Origin: Camelus dromedarius
Lineage: Eukaryota
Reading direction: 5' to 3'
Assembly: GCF_036321535.1 (NCBI RefSeq)
Contig: NC_087436.1
Location: 48,858,001-48,922,000 of the forward strand
DNA length: 64,000 nucleotides
The translations under genes were made by a program, and so were the position numbers. How positions within the stretch are numbered: the first letter of the stretch is position 1; the number at the start of each line of letters is the position of its first letter. Positions 26,767-39,165 of the stretch are shown piece by piece. The notes beneath the pieces are model-generated. The model was not told where the DNA came from, did not search any database, and saw only the letters and a list, made by a program, of their open reading frames with translations.

Positions 26767-26860
26767 CTTCCTTTGGGCTCACTGCTGCAGGAAGAGTATC
26801 CCAATCAAGGGTCCAAGTAGGGCAAGGGTGGGGAGAAAACATCACTTCAATGCCTTTTTC
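26767..26860 (-). CDS. GSTCD: GSTCD coding exon (4th coding exon; EKGIEVMFSPHPCPTWTLDWDTLPAAVSPKEG); remaining exons (methyltransferase domain) lie beyond the window start
   Basis: Recognisable GSTCD peptide in ORF 26699-26887; CAG acceptor (26861-26863) and G|GTGAGT donor; 94 nt. Confidence 0.95.
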
Positions 26861-27789
26861 CTGAAAAAGGAGATAGGCCCTTTCCAAATTAATGAATTAA
26901 TAAAATCCTGTTATGTTCTAAAGACCAAATTTCTAGTTTCTATACTGGCAAGGAGGAATATAAATTTTAATAATCATCAGGTATTCCTCAAAATACTTAG
27001 TTACATAAGAAATGGTATGTTGAGTTTCTTGACAGCTCAATTACTTTACTATAAATTATTATTAAATTTCCTATTTAAAATATTACTGAAGCAACACAGA
27101 AGTAATAAGCTACCTAGAAATATATTGGGTGTCAAAGAGAAAAGTCACCTGAGGATAAAAGTTTTTATCAGAAACAATCCACATAATCAAAAACTGACTC
27201 TGCATATTTCCATCAAGATCTGTCTTGAATTATATGAAAATTGTCCCTGCCTAGGAGCTATATTTAAAGGACCAAAAAGTCCCCACTTCAACATTCACCC
27301 AACGTTATCATACATACTAGCCTTCTACAAGTACCTACAAAGTCTCTAGAAAAGGATCCTTTTGTTTTAACCAAATGGTTCCCAATATTTTAAAAAAATG
27401 ATCATTATCCTTCAATACATAAAAACATTCTCAGATCCCTTCCCCATGTAAAACTTTGTGCATTTACTTATTTGATCTACAGACAGTGGCTTGGCACACA
27501 CATGGATTCCCAGATCCTTTCCAATCATATTCTGTCCACAGCCCATAGGATACATATACATGGTTCATGAATTTATCTTCAGGAATATCTATTCAAAACA
27601 AAAATCCCTGAGAATCTATCATTAGCCCTTTGTAGTTAGTTTATGAGATTACTTTCTATTGTGAAAACCAGCTGAATTCCAGTTCCAAAGGAAATAGTAC
27701 AAAAATTCTTTTGTTGGGGTAGAGCTGCATCTATAGGTAGAGACGTCTAGAGGACTTCCTTGCCTTCAGAAAGATAAACATATCTCTCT

Positions 27790-28340
27790 GACATCATCTA
27801 CTTCTCCCCTACCTCCCTTATTCTAGTCTAGCCATACTGAGCTTCTTGCTATTCCTCATTTCACCAAACTCATTCCCATCTTAGGGTCTTGCCCCATGCC
27901 CATTAGCACTCTCCATTCTCCCCCCATAGCTCCCTGCCCTGGGCAGCTACTGATCCATTTTCTGTCTCTGTAGATTTGCTCAGGGTCTTAATAGTTGGAA
28001 CCTCTGCCTAGGACACTTCCTCCAAATTCTCAAATGTTCATTCAGGTTATTTGCTCAATGTCTTCACCTCATCAGATAATCCTTCCTTATCACCCTATCT
28101 AAAAAACTATCCTGACCTCCATCACTTCCATCCTCCTCATCCTATGTTACTTTTTTATAGCACTTATCATTACTTAATGTGCTACATACACATTTATTTG
28201 TTTTTCTCTTTATTTAGCTACCTCACCAGAATGTAAGCTCCCTGGGGGCAGTCCAATTTGTTCCTCATATATCCAACATTCAAAACAGTGTCTGAAGTTT
28301 AGTAAAAACATATACCTTTTTTTGACTGAGTAAATAAATA
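27790..28340 (+). mobile_element. L2 3' fragment
   Basis: ctagccatactga…ctcaatgtcttcacctc…tagcacttatca…agaatgtaagctccctggggg…. Confidence 0.65.
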
Positions 28341-28676
28341 AATTTAGAACATCTGGAAAATAAGGGGGATTTGGGAGGCAAGATTGTGCCAAAGAAAACA
28401 GAAGGAAAAAAGGTGAGATGTGATTGTTAGAAAAGTTTCCTGTTTTATACATTCACTTAGTGCCAATTTCATGTGTCCTCATGGAATCGGCAAAAAACCC
28501 CAAAACACACACAAAAACTCCCCAAAATGCCTAACTATACAGAAATGAAAAGTAACAGTATAAATAAAATACCTTCACAGAATATAGTAAATTGATATAA
28601 TATTGTCTTTCAAATATATATGACAATAAACTTGCTGGTAAGTAGCAAAAATAATGGCATATTAAAAAGGAAAATG

Positions 28677-28798
28677 ATGAGGGGAGGGTAGAGCTCAGTG
28701 GCAGAGCATGTGCTTAGCATGCATGCAGTCCTGGGTTCAATCCCCAGAGCCTCCATTAGAAACAAACAAAGAAACAAACCTAATTACCACCCCCAAAA
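28677..28798 (+). mobile_element. tRNA-Ala(AGC)-derived SINE (camelid-type) with 14-bp TSD
   Basis: ggggagggtagagctcagtggcagagcatgtgcttagcatgcatgcagtcctgggttcaatccccag head; TAAAAAGGAAAATG at 28663-28676 and 28799-28812. Confidence 0.9.
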
Positions 28799-29049
28799 TA
28801 AAAAGGAAAATGTATTGCATACAATACACACTATCAAGTTAGAACTGAATGAAAATGGAAAGTTTAAGTTATTTTCATATTTGAACATTCTTTTTTTTTA
28901 ATTGAAGATGCAATCTCCCAAGCAACTTTTATACAATCATAAGATTTAAAATCAGAAATGAATCATACAGAATGTGTACTGCTCTCCAAATTTTAAAAGG
29001 AGAAATTGAGAGCCTTTGGTTAAATGACTTACTGAAGGTAATAATGTTA

Positions 29050-29449
29050 ACTTAGCTACAAAGCTGGGAGAACCCAAGTCACTTGGTCCCTAGCATAGCT
29101 TTCCCATGGGCTGTTCCCAAAGCAATGACTGAGAGTCTCAGTCTCAGAGACTGAGAGTGGCAGATCATTTTTGAGAAACATGGAACTCTCTGACAGATGA
29201 TTCAGGCTCAAGGACTCCCCACTGACTTGAGAAAACTTTCTTAGAACTGCACAGAAGTCTGACTTTTCTGACTCAATCTTCCTATCTTTCCTGTCTTCAT
29301 GCACAGGGATCAAACCTGCATCACATTCTGAAGGCCCTCCCAGCCTCCTCTGGCTGCCTCTCCACTTCCCCTCACTGAAGCTGCTTCCTTCAGTACACTG
29401 CTTGCTCCCTATCTTGGAATTTGTTTCTTAGAGGACCTGAACTAACACA
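29050..29449 (+). mobile_element. Solo ERVL-class LTR (LTR33/LTR41-like)
   Basis: 3' end …tcttggaatttgtttcttagaggacctgaactaacaca; subfamily uncertain. Confidence 0.5.
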
Positions 29450-30737
29450 TCCCCTATAAATTAAAAATTCAAGATTCCTTTATATTTTCACATTATTACA
29501 AAAAGACTTATTTTTATAATTGTCTATTAACTTTTTTCTGACTTTGAATTTTAGTTATCTCTCTTTTTTATAAATATTTTTAAACAGTTCAAATGTAAAT
29601 GCCTTTCCTAATGTCATTTTATTGTTGGAAGAGCATAGGTAGAAAAATCTGAATTACCAATTTTTTTCAAGATTCTGCATAAGTATGAATTAAAGGTATA
29701 GATTTTTGGTTTGTGGAAATTTTAAAAATTAGTATTTTAATACAAAGATTACTCTCTTGACAATTATTTTTAAAAAAACACTCAGGAGGTAATGAGAGAT
29801 TACTGAACAGTACAACCAACTGATCAAGACACATCAAACTTTGGATCTGCTTTGATACCTGATATCTTCTATAACCAACTATACCAGCCTGTTTCATAGT
29901 TTCATCACTAGGCTAACAAAGCTTAGCTGAAGAGATAAAGGGCTGGTATCACTACTAAAATCTTCCTGTGCTTTTCCAAATCAGCAAACTTTATGTTAAG
30001 TATAGAATTTAAATACTTCCTAACTCAAGTATTTCCGATACAACTCAGATGACTAGCTCAAACTACTTCACAAATTCTCTATTCAAATAATTCTTCAAAT
30101 AGTCTAAGTTAAAAACAACACACTTTTGCAAATTTTTTGAATGATAGAGAAAAGAGAGCTTATTGGCAAAAACTTTTACAATTAGTACTATTAGAAACAA
30201 ATTATGCTGCAAAGACAGAAAAATCATGTGTTCTTATTATATAAAAAGTCACTAAAATCAAAGAATAAAGTTAAGACAATTCAAAGAATTCAAAAATCTT
30301 AAATTTAGACAAAATCTTGGAATGTAAACTGAGATAATCATCTTTATATTTCTTTAATTCAAATCATCACCTCAAAATTAAAAAAACTGAGACCAAGTCC
30401 TTGCAACAGAAAAACATCAGGTTAAAACAATAAACTTGACCACACATAATATGCTCTTGGTGTCTTAGATTAAAAAAAAGCTTTGAGAAAAATATTTAAA
30501 AAAAAAAATATATATATAGACTTATTTGATTCCAAAGACACACAATATTAAAAATCTTCAATTTACCACATTTCACTTAAATGAAAAGACTAGCAGAAAT
30601 ATTAATTGGTCAAGAGTGATATAAATAAAATTTATAACAGAAGTGTGAACAGATGATTGCAAGTTGGGGTAGGATGCTCAGCAACATTACCACATGGAAT
30701 CCTTCAAACAAGACTTTAATAAAACCAACTTAAGTAC

Positions 30738-30989
30738 CATTAACTTGGTCATAGTGGGTCGTGGTCCTCCTATAAATAAAGGATCACTTTGCTCCTCTAT
30801 ACATGGGGCCTCATCTAAGTTTGGATGGTGTTCATTTGAGGTGGTCTGCAACTGTGGTAAATGGAGAAACTGGATCCCACACTGGGAAGCCGCTGTTTTT
30901 ACTCTTGGCACTTCCTGAATCCTCTGGTACCAGGCGGCCAGCAGTGGAAATTCTACCAGCTTTTCCGAAAGTTTCTTACAGATAATTAC
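30738..30989 (-). CDS. GSTCD: GSTCD coding exon (3rd coding exon; VIICKKLSEKLVEFPLLAAWYQRIQEVPRVK...GGPRPTMTKLM)
   Basis: Matches GSTCD peptide (ORF 30687-30911); TAG acceptor and ATG|GTACTT donor; 252 nt, phase 0/0. Confidence 0.95.
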
Positions 30990-31039
30990 CTAGGCAGAAA
31001 AAGAATGAAAACACATTATTATATATTTTTGTGTGTTAT

Positions 31040-31372
31040 AAGAGTTGATTGAGGTAACTTTACAATTCACACATTTTAAGTTTACAGTTCAAATGAGTTT
31101 TGGTAAATTTAGTTTTACAACTACAGCAATAATCCAATATTAGAACACTCAACATCACACCAAAAAGTTCCCTTGTGACCATTTACAATCAATCTCTGCT
31201 CCCTAATCAGTTACAAGAGACCTCTGCTCTGCTTTTCATGTGTCTAGTTTTGCCTTTCCTGAAATTTCGTATAAATGGAATCACAAAATGTGACTTTTTC
31301 CTCTTAGCAATGTGTTTTTGAGATTCATCCATATAGTTGCAATTAATTATCAGTAGTTTGTTTCTTTTTATT
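31040..31372 (-). mobile_element. L1MB-type 3' end
   Basis: attgaggtaactttacaattcacacattttaag…aaatggaatcacaaaatgtg…tttttgagattcatccat. Confidence 0.7.
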
Positions 31373-31902
31373 AGGATGCAGCTTTTAAAGGTTTTTATTT
31401 ACACAAATTAGAAACATTTGAACCATCACCCCTGATGTAAATTAGTATCTGTTTTCTCTTGGTCAGATGCTTTCTCCCTAGCACCACCACCAAACTTCAA
31501 TTTCTTTCAAAATTAGAATGTTCTTGCTTCTTTGTGAGACACTGAATGCTGTTTCCATAGAAACAGTTATTTTACAAACTGATTATGACTTATGATTATG
31601 AAGAGATAAAGTAAAAAGGTCAAGTCATAGAAAATCTCTACAAATATATCTAGCAATAATCAGTGCCAAAACAGGAGCCAGAAAGAACAAAATTAAAGAA
31701 AAAACTCATACACATATATAATTTACTCTATTTTAAACGGGCTTTAAGTTTAAATAAGAATTGATTATAAGCATAGGTTTGTTTAACTCTCTTTGTATAC
31801 TTACTACAAGCACTTAAAACACTGCCTTGCAGAAATTACTCTGAATGAATGAACAAATGATCAAGGAACCATTTTTTGCTCTCAAAGAATGATCCATTAA
31901 AT

Positions 31903-32148
31903 TAGCATTTTTCAAACTGCTGTTTATGACCTATTGTGAGGTTTTAAAATCAATACAGTAGGTTTTTTTAAAAAATGAAATAAAATAGAAAATATCAGAG
32001 TACATAGCATGTAGTAAGGTGGGTTATTTTCTAAGTGTTTCTAAGTATATATATTAACATATATAATACAAAGATATATATTTATATGTTCAGTCACCTT
32101 GTAAAATGCATTATTTACTGTGAAAGTAAAAAAGTTTGAAAAATACTG
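31903..32148. mobile_element. hAT-type MITE
   Basis: Inverted ends TAGCATTTTTCAAACT / AGTTTGAAAAATACTG. Confidence 0.55.
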
Positions 32149-35100
32149 TCTGAATGGTACTCTGGGAGCCAAAAAGTTTGTAATTCTCACCGAAATACTT
32201 AATTGCCTGGAAATAGATTATGTGCTAAAGAAATTGAGCTTTAAGCCATGGTAAATTAATCAAATAAGTAAGCATCCTTACTCCCCTTGGTAGTGATTTA
32301 TTCTTATTTGTTAGACACATACAGCATCTTTTCTTCCTTCTGAAAATAAGTTGTGATTAAGTAACAATAATTCATGTTTTTTAAAAAAAATGAGGTGTTT
32401 TACTCTGCAGGACAGGTCATCCCGTTCAATCAACATGCCAGGCTGCTCTGCTGATATCCAGACAGCTCAGCAGGTAATGCACCACATTCATTACACCTAA
32501 GAAGATATATTTAAGGAGGAGGCTAATGAAAATATGTGAAATGAAAATTAAATTTGTTCCTAAGAAATGATTTTTTAAAATGTTACCTGGCTGACAAGAT
32601 CAAAACCATTATATATATCAGAGTTACTTAAGGACAAGAAAATAAGAGCATTTATTCTTAAAATAATGGTAAAAAATTATTGCTATCAAGACCATAAAAT
32701 GAAATCCTAGTGGCTTTGTAGTTAATTTTAATAAGGGGCAGAAGAACGTGTATGAATAAAAAGAGAAGCAATATGTTAAACCTATTCAAAATATCTCCTC
32801 CTCTGCATTACTTATTAATAAAGCATTTTGTACTTCTTTTACATCATTTCCTTAGTCATGTACTTCAAAAATATGTCATCACTGACAAATGTTTAGGTGA
32901 GCACTGTAAGCAGTATAAAAATAGTAAACAGCCTATCTAAGTGGAAATACCATTCCAGTTTTGTGTTTTTCCTAACAGTCTAGAACTCTGGTGGGTCAAA
33001 TCTGAAAATTCCTAAGGACCTAAGGCATAGGATAGGATATGGAAAATATAAATTAACCACTAAATGGCATCCATGATTTTTGCAACATGCTAGCCAATAG
33101 AGAGATCCCCATTTTATTCTCAGTTTGATCCCAGTGGGAACACCGAAAGAGGTATTTAACATAGATATTTTTGCTCAAAAACCAATTTCTACAATGATTT
33201 TATCAATAAATGTTTTAAAAAACTCAATTCAAAGCATTAGAAGTTAAAATGTAGTAAGTTAAATCATAAATGTTCAAGTTACAAAAATATTTCATGAAGT
33301 GGCAACTTCTCTTCCAGAAGTAGAATAATCTTTTAAATAGTTCTATCAGAGTGTACCTGCTTATTAGCAGTAAGTTAAAAATAATTATAAAACTTTCTAG
33401 TATCAGAGAACAGCAAGATTTGCCTTCAAATGGCTATTCATTATTTCTCCCAGATGTTTGCTATTCTGTATGGTAGAATATTCTAGCAAATAAATTAAAG
33501 GAGGGGGAATGATAAGAAGTGTGCATTTTAATTGATTCCTTTTTAATCCATTCCTAAAACTTTCCAGAGGAGAGGGCTTTGTGAGGCACCTTCCATGAAG
33601 AAGTGCTGGGCTATTAGGGGTTAACTTTGCAATCTAATATCCTATGAAGAGGGAGAGGAGCTGGGAGCAGAGATTTAGACATAACACCTCAGCCTCTCTC
33701 TCTGCAATTGTTTTTCATATTTGGCTTTATTCTGCTTAACAAAACTAGGTATTTTCCCTAACTCTTCTATTTTTGACCTCTGGTATTCCAAACCTTGAAT
33801 TAGCAAAATTGACTGCTCTTTCATATTCTTGACCTTACTCCTGTGGCTAAATATCCTGGCCCTAGATTCAGCTCTGTGTTTCCGATCCAGACCTAGTAAC
33901 TTGACCTTCATTCCTGGTCATGAACTTGATCTTGATTCCGATCATTTGGACTGCCACTCCATCACCTCAATGTGTGTTAATAATGCAAGATTAAAGGCTC
34001 AGCATCACAGCCACCATCTGAACTGAAACGGCTGCTTCATAACCCAGGATGACTTACAAGAGAAAAACAAATATAACAGAAATAACATCAAAGCTTTGGC
34101 AAAGAAAGATTAATTCCTGAAAGAAAATGTGATGATCCAGGAAAAATACAAACAAACAAAGGAAAATATTTAGAGAATTAGTTTACATATAAATGTTGAA
34201 ACAGAAGAATTTAATCATAGAATATATGTAATAGAAAAGGCTGAGTGTACCAGTTTTCTGCTATTTTAACCAGAGATGAGAACAGAGTTCCTTAGTAGTA
34301 TTAGGTAGATTTACTCAGCAGAAGACAGGTTAATGGTCCACCTCACTGAAGAGGGGGAAAAAAACATCCTCTCAGTTAGGAATACTTCCACATCAACTGA
34401 TTCTAATCAGGTAAATAGTATTCAAATTAAGCTAAAATCAAATGCAAATGAGCTAAAGATGGATGTCTGGATAAAGATGGATGTCTGGATAATAGCAGGT
34501 GAGAATTCTACCACTGAACCACCAATGCCCAGCATGTATGTATGGATACTGATCTAAAAATCACCTTTATGCAGGTGAATCCAAATTTTTATGTTTTGTT
34601 GCATTTGAAAGCAAGTACTCAAGTCTTCTCTGTCACCTTGTTTTATTTTCCTTGTAGCACTTACCATTATTTGAATATATGTAATTTATTTGTCTACTTT
34701 TTCATTTTTATCTTCCCCTATTAGAATATTAACTCCATATGGGCTGGGATCATACCTGTCTTCTTCATCACTGTATTCCTAGTGCATACAACAGTGCCTG
34801 ACATATGTAGTAGGCTTTCAATGAATTTCTCAAATGAATGAACTATGTTTATGCCACTTTGATTTAACTTTTATGAAATTAGGAACAAACAGTTATCTAA
34901 GAAGACCAGGAAGCCATTAAAACCAACCGCATTTCATAATGTGCATAATATGACTGCTCTAATAACCAAAGTAAGTAATAAGCACATGGGGGTGGGGTGG
35001 GGTGTTAAGGGGGTGAGGACTATCAGAGATAAAGAGAATTTAGAAATCATTTGACTAGGGGGAAAATAGTCTATTTTCTTCCCACCCAGCTCCATGGACA

Positions 35101-36147
35101 ACATGAATACACATGACAATTACAATACTAATCAATGTCTAAACGATTCCTGTATTTCTTTTTCCATATCCTTTAATTTTGAAGTTATTTTGGTTTCTAA
35201 CATTGTTTTGTTTCCATTTTGAAGAGAAATATTCTTTAAGAAAATGCCAATTGATTAATACCACCTAACTTATCAGTGAGGAACTCATCTCCAAATATAT
35301 AGATTTTCATTAGAAATCTTTTCTCATCTGTCAGTAGAGATTCCTGAAGTGCTGGTGATGTATAATCAGAATGAAATCTGATATCTGATTCCTTAGGAAA
35401 GCAAAGGGTGAAATGCTTCAAAGCAGAAAAATGCAGCTCTGGAAAGCCAACTGGAAAGCTGCAGAGCTCTAGCTTCCCACGTTCACTCTGATATTATTTG
35501 TACCTTGGGTTTTTTTTGTTTTTTTTTTTACCTACAAAGACAGACAAAAGACAAAAAAAAAAAAAAAAACCAAACACATATATATGTATATGTACCTGTT
35601 CTAGGAGAGAAAACTTTCCATTTATAATCTCCAACAACACTGAATACCACTGCCAGCTATATAATCTTATTGAGCACAGAGATGAGGGTAAAATTTTTCT
35701 GATTTACTAGTATCTAAAATAATGAAATTAGTATTTTAAGTGACTACTTAATTATAAAATACAGCTGACAAGAGATTTTGGTATTTTAATACTGGAACCT
35801 CTAATATTAGCAGGTAATCACAAGAGCAATTTAAAATTAATAATCATAACAATTGCTAACATTTTAGCAACTCAAAACTAAAAGTCATAATAATTAGTAA
35901 CAATACTGAAAGCAACCATGTGCCAAAACATGTTCAGACTTTACAACAATTTGTCATTTGTTCCTCACACGGATCCTATTAGATGGGTACTATTATCATC
36001 TCTATTTTACAAATAAGAAAATGGAGAAGATTAATTAATCACTTGCCCAGAAGCATAATGATAGTAAGAAACGGAATAGGGATTCAAACCTGGGCAGTCC
36101 TACAGACTGAAACTTATAGTAGTGTACCCATTCCTGGTAAACCTTAC

Positions 36148-36615
36148 CAAGAAGTGATGGATACAAGGCAAGAGCACAATATCTGCCAGAGTGAAGTACA
36201 GGCCTTCCGCAAACACATGCTCCAGGGGTGGAAGGTCAGAGGCTTTTGCTTTTCTGATGTGAGAAGGCTCCCTGTTGGCAGGAGCAGGGTCCTCGTGTAC
36301 TGTGAGCTTCGCGAAGGCCACTTTCAGTTCCAGGCTCTCAGGGGAAGAGTCCATCTCCTCCGATGACCCCTGTCTGTGGTCCTTGCTCTGTGCTTTTTCC
36401 TTGGCCAGGGAAGGCCTGACTCCAGCAGCTTTCTGCTGCTTCAGCTTCTGCCGCCGGAGTTTGTCATCGTTATGCACTCTCACAGGCTCACTAAGCTTTC
36501 TTTCTAGCTCTAATATTTCTGCAGGGATAGTTGGGGGCTGGTCAGAAGATTCTTTGAGAAAATTCTCAACAGCTAAAGGAATGGTAAGTTCGCATAGCCT
36601 GGTCCACTGACTAAC
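36148..36615 (-). CDS. GSTCD: GSTCD coding exon (2nd coding exon; VSQWTRLCELTIPLAVENFL...FTLADIVLLPCIHHFL), GST C-terminal-like region
   Basis: ORF 36100-36483 peptide RVHNDDKLRRQKLKQQK...HVFAEGLYFTLADIVLLPC; TTTTGTAG acceptor and TTG|GTAAGG donor; 468 nt. Confidence 0.96.
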
Positions 36616-37222
36616 CTACAAAATAAAACAAGAAATGACAGGATTATTTACTTTCAGTATAGCTAGAAGAAAAATAACTTTCTGTTGGGAAATAAGACTG
36701 GTCTGGTGTATTTAAGTCTTGAGCTAAACCATCCCTGGGCGAGGCTTTTATGTTCTATCAAGAGATATATTACAGTGCTTCAGAAGTGATAACATTAAAC
36801 AATGGAGGTTTAGCACTCCTGTATAATACATACTATCTTTCTGTATTCTCTTACTGAATAAATTCTTGCTTCCCAAAACCTTTAAAGTACACTCCCCACT
36901 AAAACAGCTGGGTTTCCGAAACATTGCTACTTCCGCTCCTGATCATATGTAAAATTTCCTTTAAAAATCCTTAACATAACTAAAAGGTAAAAAAAGAAGT
37001 CATTCCCTAAAAATAATGTCTCTAAACTTCATAAATTAAATCTTAAATTCTTGTTTTTCAACACTGAACTGAAATATCGGTATACACAGAGGGCTGCTTT
37101 ATTTCATTGGTTGCTGTAGTTTTTTTAAGTATATTAAATTTGAAGTTTCTAATGGAAAGTTAAAATAAATATTCAAGTGAACTTTATGGCTTTAAATAAC
37201 AGAAAAGAGACATTATACTTAC

Positions 37223-37642
37223 TTCAGCACAGGCTTTCAAGCAAGTCTTCTTAAAACCCAGAAGTTCCAAAATTTCCTTCTTTGAGGGGTCTGCTTCATA
37301 TGATTTCTGGATTATGTGTCTCAGTACAACAGCAAGTCCTGCTCTACAGAAATTGTCTGGTCTTTCCACTACTGCAGGTAAACAGCAACTCTGGACTATT
37401 GGTGGAAGATCTTGCCTTGAAATAATTTGTATTTCAACATCCTCAGACAGTACATTTTTAAGTAGTAAAACATCAGTGCTTTCTCTGTTGGGGACTAAGC
37501 AAACTTTAAAGATTTTGCAGTCACAGTATGATAACAAAAATAAAGTTACAGATGTATGAAGAGGAAAGATGAACCCTTCTATGTGGTGAGAAAAATCCAA
37601 GTATAGATATTCTTCTGTAAGACTCTTCTTAATGCCTTTCAT
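37223..37642 (-). CDS. GSTCD: GSTCD first coding exon (MKGIKKSLTEEYLYLDFSH...KKTCLKACAE); exon starts at 37663
   Basis: N-terminus of glutathione S-transferase C-terminal domain-containing protein; in-frame TGA 9 nt upstream of the ATG; TTTCAG acceptor at 37664 and GAA|GTAAGT donor. Confidence 0.96.
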
Positions 37643-38199
37643 TTTCTTCTTTCATTGGGTTACCTGAAACATAAATTGAAGAGGTTATAGGACTTAGAAC
37701 ATAGTAATTGTGAAACTAAAATAAAAGATGAATTTTTCTAGAAATCATCAAGGATTTGTCATAGGTATGTTTCTAAAAGAATCTGTTCTTGGACTGAATA
37801 AATGGCTTCCAAAAGAAAGATTTCCACCCTGTGCAATTAACCAGTCTTAAGGCTGATTTTATACCCAGCCCCTTTAAAATGAGCATACCTCAAGTGCTTT
37901 GCAATAGAACCCTCCCAGTCTAGTACTTTGAGGTCTCACTATGGTCAGAAAAAAAGATGATTAGGATGGGACGTAAGACATAACCAAGAATACCTAGAGG
38001 TGTCTAGGGATAACAGTTATAAGAAGCTTTGTTAATGCTGGTCCTTCCATATTACTTCTGTTTAATGACCCTAAAATATAATATTTGGGGGTGGAGGGTG
38101 GGGGATATATTCATTCCCTCATGAAAAATGGATTTTCCTAAAGTGGAGTTTGACATGATGAACTATTGCATGCTGAATCACAACAGAAAAAATATTTGA

Positions 38200-39165
38200 A
38201 ATTCTTCATAACTTAGATGTTGACGACTGAGATATTTCAAAGTTAACATGTCCAAAATCAAGTTCCTTATTCTCCTGCTACCCACAAAACCTGCTCCTCA
38301 TGTATCTTCCCCATTTCAGTTAATGGGGCACTATCCTTCAGGACAAAACCTAGAGTCAGTCTTAATTACTCTTTTCTTTCCCATCCCCATAACCAATCCA
38401 TTAAAAATTTATTTTGGCACTACATTCAACATATACCTAGAATCTGATCATTTCATTCCATCTTCATTGCTTCCACTGTCATCCAAGCCATCACTTTCTT
38501 CTGAATTATAGCAATTGCCTCCTAATCCTGCTTTCCATCCTCTAGTCTATTCTCAACATAGTAACCAAAGTGATATTGTTGAAAATGGAATAAGATCATG
38601 TCATGCCTCTTTTCAAATCCTCTAATGTCTTCCCATCCTACTCAGAGAAAGGGCAAATCTCCTGCAATGACCTGCAAAGATCTCCTTGATCTAATCCTCT
38701 TTCTGTGTCTCTGAGTTCAACTGTCCTCTTAGCTCACAGCTCCAGCAGATGTGGCTTGTTGTTCCTCTAAAACACTACGTACATACCCACCTCAAGGCCT
38801 TTGTACTTGATGTTTCTAGTGCCTTGAACACCTTCTCACCTCCTTCATGTATTTACTCAAATATTAACTTCTTGAGATATTCCCTGGCTACCATATTTAA
38901 CTTCCAAACTACCTGAAAAAAACCTTTCTATTCCCTTTTATGCTTGTCTTCACAGCACTTATCACTATTGTAACATACTATAGATTTATTTTGTCTTCCC
39001 AATAGAATGTTCTAGAGAGTACAAATTTTGCTTTGTTCACTGCATCACCTAAAACAGGGCGAGATATATCTATGCATACATACATATATAGATATATATA
39101 CACAGACACATATATATATCCATATATATGTATAATCAAGAAGTATTCAATGAATGCATGGACGA
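38200..39165 (+). mobile_element. L2 fragment
   Basis: aacatgtccaaaatcaagttcc…tcttccccatttcagttaatgg…gatcatgtcatgcctct…tagcacttatcac. Confidence 0.75.

Noticed and set aside
26648..27349. 233-aa + strand ORF, the longest in the window
   Set aside because: Starts in an L1 ORF1-like remnant (LDIAKERTRDLEDGSE), crosses a GSTCD exon antisense, then runs through AT-rich K/I/L/N-biased sequence; no splice or domain support.
28681..28755. Possible tRNA-Ala gene
   Set aside because: Imperfect stems, A-rich tail, TSD and a second diverged copy show that it is a SINE.
33055..33072. CTCF-like CCACTAAATGGCATC
   Set aside because: Mismatch at a key core G; too weak to call.
36275..37559. + strand ORFs 36275-36610 and 37314-37559 (also 30694-30918 and - strand 60459-60695)
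   Set aside because: Antisense shadow frames of real GSTCD/INTS12 exons.
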